Positions 12,877 to 26,000 of a DNA stretch of 64,000 nt are shown here, piece after piece; position 1 is the first letter of the stretch, and each line of letters begins with the position of its first letter. The DNA is from Phoronis australis (Eukaryota > Animalia > Phoronida). The stretch lies in the NCBI GenBank assembly GCA_002633005.1, contig NMRA01000170.1, forward strand, positions 80,745-144,744, in the 5' to 3' direction. The notes below the pieces were generated by a model. It was given only the letters and a program-made list of their open reading frames with translations, made no database searches and had not been told where the DNA came from. The position numbers were made by a program, and so were the translations under genes.

Positions 12877-15800
12877 TCACTGTTCATCACCAGTTACAGA
12901 GTATGTGTTGAACACAGTGTTGATGAAGTTCCAATAATGCCACGAGATGGCGCCAATCATCATAGCAAAGGACATGTAAAGGGGAAAGTAAGGACTAGAG
13001 GTGTTGAACTGATGACTAGTCTCGGTAAGAGAGAGACACCTGTTGACAATGCTACGAGTTGTCTTGGCACTTGGGTCACTGTCATGTATACGCAGGTTAA
13101 TCTGTATCGGAAAAGAATAAGGACTATGAAATAATCACCTTTAATTAAAAATTCATTTTAATGAATGAATAAACCATTGCAATTAATACTTTGACTATTT
13201 TGAAAACACAGGGTGTTTATGAGCAAATAACACAACACCCTTTTCAAAAGGAACACGACAAGATTTTGATGGACACTTGCCACCTGATAGCAGTCATTAA
13301 TAGGACAATCACTATCACTAACACCAAGTTTGAGATTTGATTTATTTCAAATGTACTGAAAAACAACAACTGACCACATAGCCAAACTAGAGAAAAAAGT
13401 AAACATTGAATTGAAACCTCAAAAACAGTAGTTTTAAAAGGTTATAAAATAAGTTTATTTTTCAAAAACTGAAACATTATTTATCCCCGACTCTGTGAGG
13501 CAGGTCAAGTAGTAGATATAACCTGACAACATCCTGGTCACTTCCACAATAAACCTGTGCACAAAGGGCCACTTGTCCCAGTACAAATTTCCCCAGGGCC
13601 AACTCCCCCTTGCTCAGCAGAGCATTCACACGATGCGAAGTCACCAGAGTAAAGTGTCTAATGTGAACTACTTGTCGCAAATAAGAAATACTTCCTCCTT
13701 CACGACACTTGTGTCAAACAAGCACTTCTAACGGGACAAGTCACACTCATTTGAAGAGGGGAGTGGTGTCAAGTCACTTAAGTTTCAGTTTTGTTCGCAT
13801 GGTCACTTGCAACTGACTTAAGTGTTCCTGATGCAACTTGTACTGGAACACCTCCTCATATGAACACAATTTTACACATTGAGCTTGTTGCACCTGCTCT
13901 CACCTGTTGTGTAAAGTGATTCATAATGGCCTTCATACTGTCCAGGTGTGTGGACTCCATCATCATCCTGACAGCCTCACCTTTACGGATCTTCACAACA
14001 CCGGTGAACACACATGGATTGTTGTAACACCGCTCTAGTGTACCTATGGCCATCACCTGTAAAAATGAGGAAAGAGGGCGTGTCAAGCTGGCCAATGGAA
14101 GAAGGAGGATGAAGGGGAAATGCTACGGCTATAGAACTTAGGATGACGTTTTTGGTGAACAATCATTGCATCGTGCTAGAAAAGTACTGTATCCAAAACG
14201 TGGCGAGTTTAAAAGTATTTTGAATCCTTAATTTGACAATATTTATCATCAGTGTCAATTTTTTAGGCCGCAGTTTACTGCATTTTACTGCTTGTAACAG
14301 AGGTTGAATTGTGTCTTTTCCTTCCATGTAGCACTATCCTTACAATATTCCTTACTGTAACAAGAGTCTATTTCTGTTGTTAAATAGAGTCACAGGCAAT
14401 ATGTACATGCACCATGTTTGAATTCGCAACTTCAAGGCCAACACCAATAAACTCTGAAGCACTTTATCCAGTCATTGAATGTTTTGATTTTTCTACTCAC
14501 AACACAAATACAATCCTATCAAGATATGGAATATTATGAGACCCATTTATGAGTCAGAGTAAAAGGGCAAATTCGATTTTCGTTTAAAGCCAGCTAAATA
14601 AGGCAAAATGCAGCTTAACAAAATTTGTCAAAAGTGCTCTTTTGTTCAGTTAGTGGAAGACAAATATAAGAAGGTTAAGCAGTACACAAATGACCTACTT
14701 TAGGTTAACACGTTAATAGACCTAAGGATCTCCTGAAGGTACTTGAAGTGTTTAAGCAGCGTGTTTGAACAAGCAAGTTATTGTTCAGCATCTATGCATC
14801 TATGTCCCCTCACATAACCCAAATTACAATTATTATACTACCATTTGAATAAAACGGCACTGAGTTCGTTTGAAAGAATGTTCCACAATTTTATACGATT
14901 TGAATTTCTTAACGACCCCAAAACTCATTCATTTCATACCAAGCAAGTTCACAGGAACTAGCTTCAATGGAAATAATTTTCAGAACAAGGAAATTTTGGA
15001 CACAGCCAGCTCTAGCAAAGAACGGTCTGTGCATAGATGGCCAAAGGCTAATCACCACGCTGTTCACGACTTAACACATGCAAAGACTTTTCATAAGCCG
15101 CACTGCCTCACCTGAGGTATTGCACAGAAGTTGAAGACACTCTGGTTCTTGATTCTCGACATGTAGGTAATCACGTCAGGTATATGGTGCAGGGCATTAG
15201 TTATTAGTTCATTCAGGCAGGCGACGGCCTTCTGTCTGTTTTGTGAAAGCTTCAGTTCAGCTAGGGTTGAGGCATATTTACTCCATGTCTATGGAAAACA
15301 TAATACCACAATATTTATAGATATGTCATGTTGAACACTATGCACCCTAACTAAGATGTAAATTATGGTCGCCAGCCAACACATTCTAACTCTTTTGCCA
15401 GTATCCAGTCCTTAGAACACCACGACCCCGCCGCATGATTGTTTTCTAGCAGAGTTGAGGCAATAAAAGGAGCACCAAATGCTCAAAATCCACTACTTTT
15501 TAAAACAAATGCAACACATATCCATTTCTTGCACACAACCCATTAATATTTGTTCAACGTTATAGATTCATATTTAATGGCAAGTCACAATTTGTCAAAT
15601 CTCAAAATTTTCAAAATGTCACAAGGAGGTCTTAATTGTCACAGCTTTTTAGTGGTGTTTGCATGACTAATATATAAAGTCACATCAACTTTGCTTTTGT
15701 CGCATATGTGAGACACAATATTTGTCAGTGATAATGATGAATTCCACAATTTTACAATTTGTGAATGAAGAACAACCACTTAGTGTAGCATGAAATAACC

Positions 15801-18461
15801 CAAAACACTAACAGCCTACTTGGCTCAGCAAATTTTTCCACATGTTGTCACAGAATTCTCAAAATGTCACAGAATTTCAGGCAAGCAAGTTTTGACACCA
15901 TGTCACAGGGTATCTATCACAATGTGCCATCGTTGGCAAGAGCCCGTCTCGCATTCCTGCTCTTAAAACAGATTCTGATACTGACAGGCCTACTTGCCAC
16001 CAAACCCTACTTACAGCTCTCGGCCAAAATTCCCTTTTATCGTTGATATCCTCCAGGTAATCACGAATGATGTTTGTTTTCTGCAGGAACAGTCCCATGG
16101 AGTTGGCCAGTTCCGTATCCTCGCCAACGATGGGATCCTCAAGTTCAGATGCCGAGAAAATCCTGGATAGCCCAATACCAACTAAACCGGCCACGTAGTG
16201 GCAGTACTGGGAAAAAAGTAAAGGAAAATTAAATGTACAGTCACAAAAATGAAATGAATAATCTTAAATTTAGGGATGTAGTACAGAAACTTTCATAAAC
16301 CACGAAGATTAGCCAAGTCTTCAAGAGATATCACAATGCATTTACAAGCTTTACATGCAAGGGTCTTGCATGTATAGAACTCAACCAAATGCTGTGTATT
16401 ACCTCATCCCACTCCTCTGTGGAGCCTATCTTCCCCTCCAGGAACACAGTCATACCCACGCCCATTTTGTGACAAATGTCCGAGATAACATCCTGGTAGA
16501 TAGGTGCCAACTGACGGAACTCAAACGATATCTGAAATTAATGTTTACAGCAATTAAAAACACAATCTAGTTCTACCAGATGCCTAGGTATGAAGCCAGC
16601 AGCCCACTCAGGGAAGACACCCACACCTCTATGAGATACACTGGGGTAAAACACTAATGCCCAAAACATCAAACTAGAATGTGAGAGAAGCTTGCCTTAT
16701 CCATTACAAAATCGCTGATTGCGGCATATATTGAATTGAGCATTAACAGTGAAATGAACTTACAATAGGGCTAAGATACACAAAAACACCAGTCCAACTG
16801 AAACACACATATGAAATACAGTAAAAACAGTAAAACTAACACAATTTTGATGCACAAAAGTTGAATTTTTGTTTTTTTCAGATGAAATTGTTTTTTTACC
16901 CAATTCTCATATACACTTTAGCTAGATTTCAACCAACGTATCCAAAATATACAGAAAATCTCACCAATTTCAAAAATAAATAATAGCAAGAAGTGGCCTT
17001 TATTATTTGCAAAACCTTGCGTTGTTGTGAATGTCCACAATTTTTTAAAACACTGCGACATGTTAGCTGAGAATTATAACATGAAAATAGTATATAAACA
17101 TTACTGCAGAATCAGATTTTTACAAATTTTACTGTCTTGCCAGTGTTATTTTACTTCAAGTGTCTTACTGTTGGGAAGTCCTCCAGCACAAGTTTGTCTT
17201 TTTCATTACTGTCCATGAATTTCCACTCAGGATCTTGTAAATAAGTGTAGAACTCTTTCAACATAGGAACTTTTATGGTATTGGCGATAGTCATATCATC
17301 TTCCACAGTATCAAGTGCCCGTAAAACCAAGTAGAATATACAGATGGCATCCCTAGAACAAAAATACAATTGGTTCTCCAATACAAATTAAATGTCAAAT
17401 TATTTCAAAGGGTTAAAGTGAAAATCTCCCAGTTCGGAACGGTCTCTCAAATTTTGAACACAGAAATTAAAGAGAAAATTGAATTTTGTTCACCCTGAAG
17501 ATTGGGACATGGGTGACTTTGGCATCTTTTTATATACAACTTTACAATGACTTCTTTTTTTAAATGTCCTAAATTGGGAGTTGTACTTTTGTGTCACTGA
17601 CAGAAGATGTGGAATTTTCATTAACATATATAGCAAAATTTTTCAGGTCTTGTCCTTCAATTTTGCCAAAAACATGCACTATCCACATTTGAAAGCTCCT
17701 TTGACTAATAAATTTCCAGCCTTATTTAAGATCCATTGATCAACTAAAATCCGAAAATAACACTCTGATCTAGTACATGCAGAATGAAAAAATGAACTAG
17801 CAGCTTGAAACTTGCTAAAACAATTACTATCCGGTGACAGCAAGACAGTCATATTAACATCATTTCAACATCTGACCCAACATGTCTTACCGCAGTTCGC
17901 CGTCCAAAGCCTGGATTACTGCAGCAAAACTTCTGCTAGTTTTCTTCAAGTATTCATAGCACTTCTGCAGTGTAGGTGACATGGAGGCCTAAAATAAGAA
18001 TAGCGTAGCATTCATTAGGAATTTGTTTCTTTCAAGATGAAACCTTTAAGACCTATACATCCCCAATTTAATGAAGTGTACAACACTGTAAACTTCAAAT
18101 ATCAAGTTAGTGGTGAAGAATCTTCTTGTGGCAATTAGTGAAATCCATTCACTTTATGGCTTTATCCTGAACATCAAAGATGTATTACTATGTTCTTACT
18201 TTCATTCATAAAATTATCTTTGCCCGATACTGTTGTTAAATCCGTACTGTAGTAAATTTAGCCCACCTTGCTGTCAGATCCCCTTGGTGAAAATACAACC
18301 ATATTCAAAAATCAAAATACGAAGCTAACACAAAATTAATCAAAGGTGTTATACAAACTTACAAAATTGCACTTGGGCATAACTGCTTCACAACCTCCAA
18401 TTTTAAACTTGAGTAAAGCGAGGACCTCATCTGGGTGTGTGATTGACTTGAACAGATCCAT
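12877..18461 (-). CDS. FDFT1: Squalene synthase (farnesyl-diphosphate farnesyltransferase 1), 8 coding exons: 18461-18363, 17988-17891, 17352-17169, 16531-16403, 16206-16015, 15288-15112, 14056-13904, 13101-12877; 418 aa
   Basis: All introns GT-AG with matching phases; spliced length 1257 nt. Motifs: [74 protein letters not shown], and a C-terminal hydrophobic anchor [17 protein letters not shown]. Confidence 0.97.
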
Positions 18462-18599
18462 GGTAACACACTGTAGCTGTGACAACCAAGCGAACCACTG
18501 AAATAACACAAAAAATCATCATAAATCTTGTGTTGACTAATCAAGAACAAGTTTGAATATTTCAAAGGGCAGTCCGACAGTAGTCGATTTTGCTGCTGT

Positions 18600-19480
18600 C
18601 AGTAAACTTTGTCAGTTTCTCAAGCATGTTGATGTACAGTCCAACAATTAATTAGATAGGCCTCTCAAAATTTTTCCCTAACCGTCAATATTTGGCCACT
18701 CAGTGGACACTCAACTCATATACCTGTGGCCAAGTTTTGACCCTGACCATGGACAAGTGGATTCTTGTACAATGTCAATGGTGCCAATGATGCAGATCCA
18801 TGATTGCCCAGATAATAGAATAAGAGAAGATGGATGAGCTCTCCACATGCACAACCAACTTGCCGGACAGTCCAGCACAGTGAATTGTCACTGAAAGCAA
18901 CTTCCAGGACACATCCTGGTGTTGGTGAAGGGAAACGGGCCTAGGGTTAAATTGCGTTCCGTAGACCCGGCCATTATCCCATTAAGAAGAGTGAACACAG
19001 TTGTGCCGCTAGAAATTTTCTCTTATGGAACAAAAAAATGGAGTGCATCCTGGTTCAAAATCCTAACCTCATCCTCAGATAAAAGTCTATCTGAGCCTCA
19101 TCCAACCAATCAGTTTAGAGACTGCCATACAGGCAACTAAGTTGAGGAGCCTACAAGCGAACATTTGCATTTCACACTTGCGTGGTCATGGAGTGACTGA
19201 CTACAGTCGGTATAAACGTATTAAACGATGCAAACCAGCTCGGCTATTGAATAACGGGCGTGTGACAGGGATCGTCACCGAGCCGACAAAAAGAAGCTCC
19301 CCGTGTACAAGGAGCAGTAGAAAGAATGCATGTCAATGGACAAGGTCATGCCGTCGGCCCAGGAAATCGGTAAACCTGTCCAAAAGTGCCAAGCCAATAG
19401 GATTCCATTCACTCAAGACATCAGTCTCAGACACCAGAGTTCTAAGTCAAACGCCTTGGACTAGGTCTGGCTGGCGTGAC
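18600..19480 (-). mobile_element. Highly degenerate non-LTR retrotransposon (CR1/L2-group-like) reverse transcriptase fragment, upstream of the FDFT1 ATG exon
   Basis: Minus strand near 19465 reads gac cta (g) tcc aag gcg ttt gac = DL-SKAFD, followed by GLALLDRFTDFLGRRHDLV, resembling the LINE RT pattern DLSKAFD...G..LL.W...FL..R.Q.V. Many stops and frameshifts; boundaries approximate. Confidence 0.45.
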
Positions 19481-19569
19481 ACACCTGAAGTGGTTGCGGA
19501 AACAAATCGTCTCAGTAGCAAGTAAGTGAATCATCATATTTCACTTTCCCGCAACATCTCTATAACGTA

Positions 19570-20005
19570 CCTATCCACCAATTTCAGGAATTATTTCCAA
19601 AACAATCATTCGGCAAGACCTACACATCAAAAAGCGTAGTCTGCTCAGCTGATAAATCAGCAATTTGATTGGCTACCAGAACTCGTGTCATGAAGTTCTT
19701 TTCAAAATCTTTGCGCCCGCGGAAATTTGTTTATTTTCCGAAGGTTTTCGAAGTAAATATAAACCATTTAGTTTTTCGTGACACACTGGATTACATAGAA
19801 TTTTCGGGGTTTTGATTTACCAAAATAAACTTGCTTTTTATTGTGCACTATTTTGCACTTTTTATTTGTACATATTCTCAACAGATGTCTCTTTTTCGTT
19901 ACAACGCTGCTATAAAGCGAGATTGTTATTTCTCTCTTTATAAAATAACTTCCGGGCCGGGGTTTTCGCATGCAAAAAGTGTTATTTTGAGATGAAAAAC
20001 AAGAG
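19570..20005. promoter_or_regulatory. Bidirectional promoter between FDFT1 (-) and TAF5L (+), including a probable FDFT1 non-coding exon
   Basis: The FDFT1 ATG exon has an upstream acceptor (TTTCAG, exon starting 18497) and there is a candidate donor TAG|GTACGT at 19571/19570. CCAAT box (ATTGG 19668-19672), SRE-like CTCGTGTCAT 19682-19691, ETS-type ACTTCCGG 19948-19955. TAF5L ATG at 20006. Confidence 0.6.
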
Positions 20006-23000
20006 ATGAGGAGAATTCGAAACGAGCAAATTCACGAAATTGTAAACGGTCACATGAAACGTAGAAAGTATACGGTGAGAGAACAACACATATTATTGCA
20101 ACACATTTTGTAACATTGGTTCACTTGTTGACGTACGTTGTCTTTGTCGACTGTACTTGGAACTAACTACACTTACCTTACTAATGACACAATTAGTTAA
20201 AATAGTTTATTAAATAACACTTGCAAGCAGTTCTAGGAAATGTGACTCATATGCATGCATGTGGTCTTGTGTATTGTGAAAAACATGTTGTTGTGCAGTA
20301 ATTAGTCAGTCCGGTGGAGTAAAGTAGTGTTCGAGTAAAGACCCCTTCCTAACTCCTCTCTCCAAACGACATTACAGACTGTTGCTGAATATATCAAGCA
20401 ATAGGGGTTGTGTAACACAGACCTTTTTGCCTGTCAAATCTTCTGCATATTTTTTCACTTCCAGGTCTAAAAGCTAACACTAGGACACCAATTTTGAAAA
20501 ATCCACACATTCCCTGAACTCCCTTGACATATTACTAGTTATTGTAAATTTCCGGTTGCAGGTTTTGAGCCTCTACAAATCAGTTGCCAAGTGGCAATTG
20601 CCCTTTGCCCAAATGGTTTGGTGCTCAACTTTCTGGCTGGTGCCCCATATTTTGGTACCAGGTGTGAGTGTATGAATTTTATATACCAATGGCAAAAATT
20701 TAGAGGTTAATTTGTCTTATATGTCATTATTATTTCCGGAAATTTGCAACACTGTGTTGCTAAGGTTACGTAGGGCCTTATGGAAAAGACTGTACATTTA
20801 GCTAAATGTTTAAAAACTATAGAATATACTTTATGGAAGTAGAAATTCTGTAAAATTTAATTTTTTTACCAGTCTGAGATTAATTAGGTCACATGAACAT
20901 GCTTTTTAATAAAGTATGATAAAACAGAAAGGTGCATGCAAAGCAAAACAATAGGATCCATAACATGAGCAAATTTCACATGGTACAATTGTTCAAAATA
21001 AAGTCTCAAAAAAGTCTGGTGTAGTTTTCTAAAATATCGTTTTGTTTTTGTTTTGTGCAACTTTGAAAGATCATTATCGAGTAAGCAAAACGAGACTTGA
21101 ATGGGATAACATAGATTTTGTTTGGCTAGCTGAGAGATTCACACTTTTACTGTGAAAAGATACTTTATCTCAATCTGTTCTTGAGCTGCGAAGTGATCTC
21201 TTTCCCAATACAGCAAGTGCCCTCGGTGAATGGTACTCAGGTATCACTGATTCTAAATGTAGGTCTGATGTAATTTGGCTTTACATGGAAGGCTTTACGT
21301 CAGGTGCAAGTGTTTGTCTTGAAGGCAAACATCACCTGAGTAACAATATATGGAGTGTTCCCAGACATATACAAACAATTAACGACCAGAAAGAGATTGG
21401 TTTGAAAAGAATAAATTAGGTGACCATGGAGTACTTTCTAAGTTCAAGGAAATTTTCTTGTCAGACGGTTGTTTTGATGGACTTGTGAGGATGTGTTATT
21501 GTGTTACTGTGTGGCTAGTTGCAAGCGTCACAATTGAATATTCAAAATACCATACACGAACCTGCAATGGTAAGCACGGGTAATTGACTCCTGATTTTAG
21601 CGGCGAAGCGAAACTCAAGGGTAAAAGATGACTTAGTAAATAAAAGAGAAAAGTGCCTTTTGTGAAGTTATTAGAATTTATTAACACTCTAGTATTAGAA
21701 ATTCAAGCCACTAGACATTAATCTCCAGTGTGAACCAGAAAATGAGAGAGAGAAAGAGAAATGGAAAATATTTTGTAGTGTAAAGTAGCTTATTGCAAAG
21801 CTAAACATGTTTTTATAACAAAAATATCTGCATGGGTATAAACACATAACACACAACCTATTACGTATTGAAAAGCACTGGCATGTTTCTACAGGGGAAG
21901 GGAAATGCAAATTTGAGTTAGGTCGTGACTGTCCTGTTCATTGTAAAGAAATCCCCCTCCAGTCAAAGCTCACTTCAGTCCTGGTCATTGCAGAGTGCCC
22001 TCAGGTTATCATTCATCATTTCAGCTACCTCCCCTAACTTGCTGACAGTTTTTTGTTTGACCAACTTATCGCTGCCAAGTACTTTTTGAATTTAGTGAGA
22101 CATCTTTGGAATCTGGAAGCCATTGGTGTCTTTAAATCATTCCAATTCAAAATATTCTTACTCGAGCTATCAAAATTTCTTTCCAATATGACCCTCATTT
22201 GCCTATTAATAAAAAAAATATTTGCAGGCGGACTTGTACACGTTGTACCAGACGTAGGCAGGCTGCGCATGTGGACCCATTACATTGATCACCTGGAACC
22301 ATTTTTGTGCTTATATTATAGTTAAAACTGAGCTGAGGAGCTAGAAACCTGACTCAAGGGTCTTGTAGTGTGGCGCAGTGAGACTCGAACCCACGACCGC
22401 AAGTAAAGAAGGCGAGCATCTATCACACTAGTAAAGCCTTGTATTATTTGTGACAGTCTTGTGTTCTTAACATTGAGTTATTTTAAATTTTTGTCGATTT
22501 CATGCCCCATTTTGGATATTTTCTGTTTTAGGAAAGCGAAACCATCAGAAAGAGTCAACGACTTGCCCAATCAGCACAACAACTGTCGTTGAAAAGTGTT
22601 GTAAAATGTGATGACAGTACACAGAATGTGGTGTCCTTCAGCAGTATATCTGGCGATGCAACTCAGTGTGATCAGCAGTTCACAAAGTGAGAATTTTTTC
22701 TTTTAATGGTTAAAGTGGCTATCAACCCGTGTGTCGTCGAAGAAATTGATTTTTTATTTAGATCACTTACCTCTGTAAAATTGAACTGGACGTGAGTTTC
22801 CTTACTCGGTTGAGAAATGACTCTGCCTTGCAAAGAACTGAAAATTCATTATTGCTTGAGACCATGCTCCGAGAATAAACTCACATGCACAGAAATCACA
22901 TCTCCTTTGAATAAGGATTAACTTGAGACCTACTGCTTAATGGTAAGTGAACTCACTCAAAAGTTGCTTTTTGTGCTGGAAAGTGAGTTTAGAGCAGCTT

Positions 23001-26000
23001 TATAGTGTGACTTGTTGCATGGAGCTCATATCTACGTGTTGAAAATGTTTGCATACTGTTACTGTACTTCATATTGAAATAGCATGCTGGCATTCTTGCC
23101 ATGTTTAATACAATTCAACAGCTGATTTTTGAAATAGCCATGCCATAATGAAACTCACTGTCTCACCTGATGGCGATCATGTCTTTAGTGGACAGACATT
23201 CTCCTACTGATATAAGCACCATTTAACACCTTTCCTGTTATTATAATGACAACAAATTTCCACTGTTGTGCGTTGTGGTATGCCAGTGGCTTACGGAAAA
23301 AGGCAAACCTCTTGAAATATCCATTAATAAAGGACATACGTGTTCCATGTATTTCCCACTATGAAGAATACGCGGCAGCAAAATCAGTTGCTGCGACTGA
23401 TAAAGCGGGAGAATTTTGAACCCAGCTGATGTCATCAAGCTGTAATAAGTTAGTGATCTTAAACCTGAACAAACAATGGGAGGGAGTTGACAATGGGAGG
23501 GTGTTGACAATGGGAGGGTGTTGACAATGGGAGGGTGTTGACAATGGGAGGACGTTGACAATGGGATTTATTCCTCTGTTTATAAATTAATGAAGCACTG
23601 TAATGTATGGTAATTAAATTTCTGTCTACCGAATCTGAGTCGGGATAAAGCGGAAGTCACTTTCACACTCTCATTACTCTTTAATAGAGAGCTGCAGTAT
23701 GAATAGCCTGCTATTCAATTTATTATGATTTATTTAAGTCATCTGTAGCAGTTGCTACTCAGCGATAAGCTCTCAGTCATAAGCTCCAAGAAAAAGCATA
23801 CGTAGGGAAGTGACACATATTCAACAAAAATGACTAACCTCACTCTGACACCAGTAATGGTGAACAACAGTGTTTTTTGCTTGAGAAATAGTGATAAAAC
23901 TGGTAACCTGTTTATTCATATTGGTGTTCGTTGTCGTCAAGAAAACAAGTTGATTATGAATGCCTAGCTGTCCAAAGGTGGGTTAAATCTACATGATTTC
24001 AGAAAATAAAACTGTTCTGAAGTCTATATAAATAACACAAGAACAACAAATGATTTTATCCTCCACTCACGAGACTGTACAAAGGTCACACAAACACTCT
24101 CCATTCAGTCTGTTTTTCTTTTTCTTTTTATGTACAACTTTTCCTTATTTTTTCAGGCTGAAGACATTCCTGAACAACTCTGTTGAACCTTTGAAGACTG
24201 AGTTACAGCCAGTGCTGTATCCTGTATTTGTTCACGTTTATCTGGAACTTATCTCCAATGGACAGAGAACTCCAGGTGAGGCCTGGTGGTGATAGGAGGT
24301 GTTTTGGTATGTCTGTGTCATGAGCGTTTGCCATACAAAGGTTTGAAATCTCTGTATTGAAATCTCTGTACGTCAAATTGGATGCTCAATTACAAGAAAC
24401 TAGAGCGTCTTGTTTCTGAAGGTAAAAACTGCAAACTCTGTCATATGTTGGTCTCACAACTTGCTTCTAATAACCACGTTTGGCTATCATTGGCACCATT
24501 CTGTAAAAATTTTACTTTGGTTATCAAAATCAAACAAATTGAACACAACACTCCATTTGTTTTTAATGGCCTTATTAGACAAATGCAGGCTGATCTTGCA
24601 TCGGACATCACTTGATGTAAAAGATGACCCAGGCTCATGGCTGTGGAAAGCACAAAAATCAATACCACAGGCTTCATTATTATTCAAATCATATAACAAT
24701 AAAATATACAATGCAATTGTCTGTCATGAGACATCTTCAGGTAAGACCTATAAAGGGGGCTCACAACAACATGATATCGTGGTGTTCAATAAAACTTGTC
24801 TCCAGGAAAATTTGTTGCCAAGATAATCAAATGAAACGAGTGATGTACTTAAGACTTATCTCTAGAACGTGTCCAAAGGCATTTGCTTGTCATAAAATTC
24901 AAGCCTTAATTATAGCACTGCTGGGTGACTTTGTAGTGCCATGTTGTTACCCGTGTTAGGCATTTCAGGTTGTTTTTGGTGTGGAGCTTTGTTAGAAGGT
25001 CACTGAATTTATTCCCTCTCATGATTTTGACCTGTAATTATTGAAATTACAGGTCACAAGTTCTTCAGCCGTCACCAGGGTTTGTTCAGTCGTAAGGCCA
25101 ACTGTCAACCATTCCTGGCCACTCTGTCCAAGCTGACCACTAAAGAAGAAGTGGAGACCAACCCAGATGTCCAGCACTTTAGGTGGGCTTTGACCACTGC
25201 CGCTGTGGTCTTTAAGAAATTCACAACATTTCATCTTGTTGAGAAGTTGTGAAATTTCTGGACAAATAGCTTTTAATTATTTTCTAATTATTTTATTTTA
25301 TTTTATTCTGGGTTCCTTTGAACAAAACCTGATGACTTGATAAAAGTACTAAATATTTTATATCTATTCTACAGTGTCTGGGTGACTTTTGGGGTTTATT
25401 TTTAGATATGAAAGTTAAGTTTGTGTTCACACTGTCATTGAAATTATTGCCTGGAGGTCTTTGAACAGGCAATATTTAGACCTTCTGCGTTTTTCGACAG
25501 TAGTCTTCTGTTTGGGAGTAGCTTACAATGAGAGGCTTTGAGAGTTCCATGACTAAATTAAAACTTAATGCACGTTGTGTGTTATGTTCTTGGAACAGAT
25601 TTTTCCAGGTGAAGAAGTCTTTTAAGAATACACACACAAGATGAAGAAAATTTAGAAAACTTCACTGCTACGTTTGTTGAAACATGTCTGCGCTTGACGA
25701 AACATACACGCATTTTAAGTCATTTTCCCATTAGGAGTGAGACTTCTCTTCTTCCGAAGTGGGAAATGTTAATTCCAGGAGTTAATCTGCAAGCGAAACT
25801 TCCCGTAAAATAGTAGGATTTAAAAGCAAAACTTTGGTACGGTCTGAAACTTCGGTGTAGTGGGAACACTAAAAGTGAAGCTTCGTTGGGGTTATCAGTT
25901 GTGGCTACGATGTGCAATCATGGGAGAGTCGCAAAACGTGTTCTATTGTATTGTAGTGTAGCCGACATGCTCTCAATAAATGAACATTAAATAAATAAAG

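Noticed and set aside
13856-13903. Alternative FDFT1 C-terminus [15 protein letters not shown] (soluble isoform)
   Set aside because: Simple read-through of a consensus CAG|GTGAGA donor; the true last exon is 13101-12877 and nothing supports intron retention.
19142-19525. 127-aa plus-strand ORF between FDFT1 and TAF5L
   Set aside because: Non-ATG start and antisense to a decayed LINE RT fragment; no coding signature.
23473-23566. Possible CRISPR-like array
   Set aside because: Contiguous tandem units with no unique spacers, in a eukaryotic intron.
24382-24959. Cluster of overlapping ORFs in TAF5L intron 3
   Set aside because: No recognisable motifs or splice support; TAF5L exons 3 and 4 join in frame without them.
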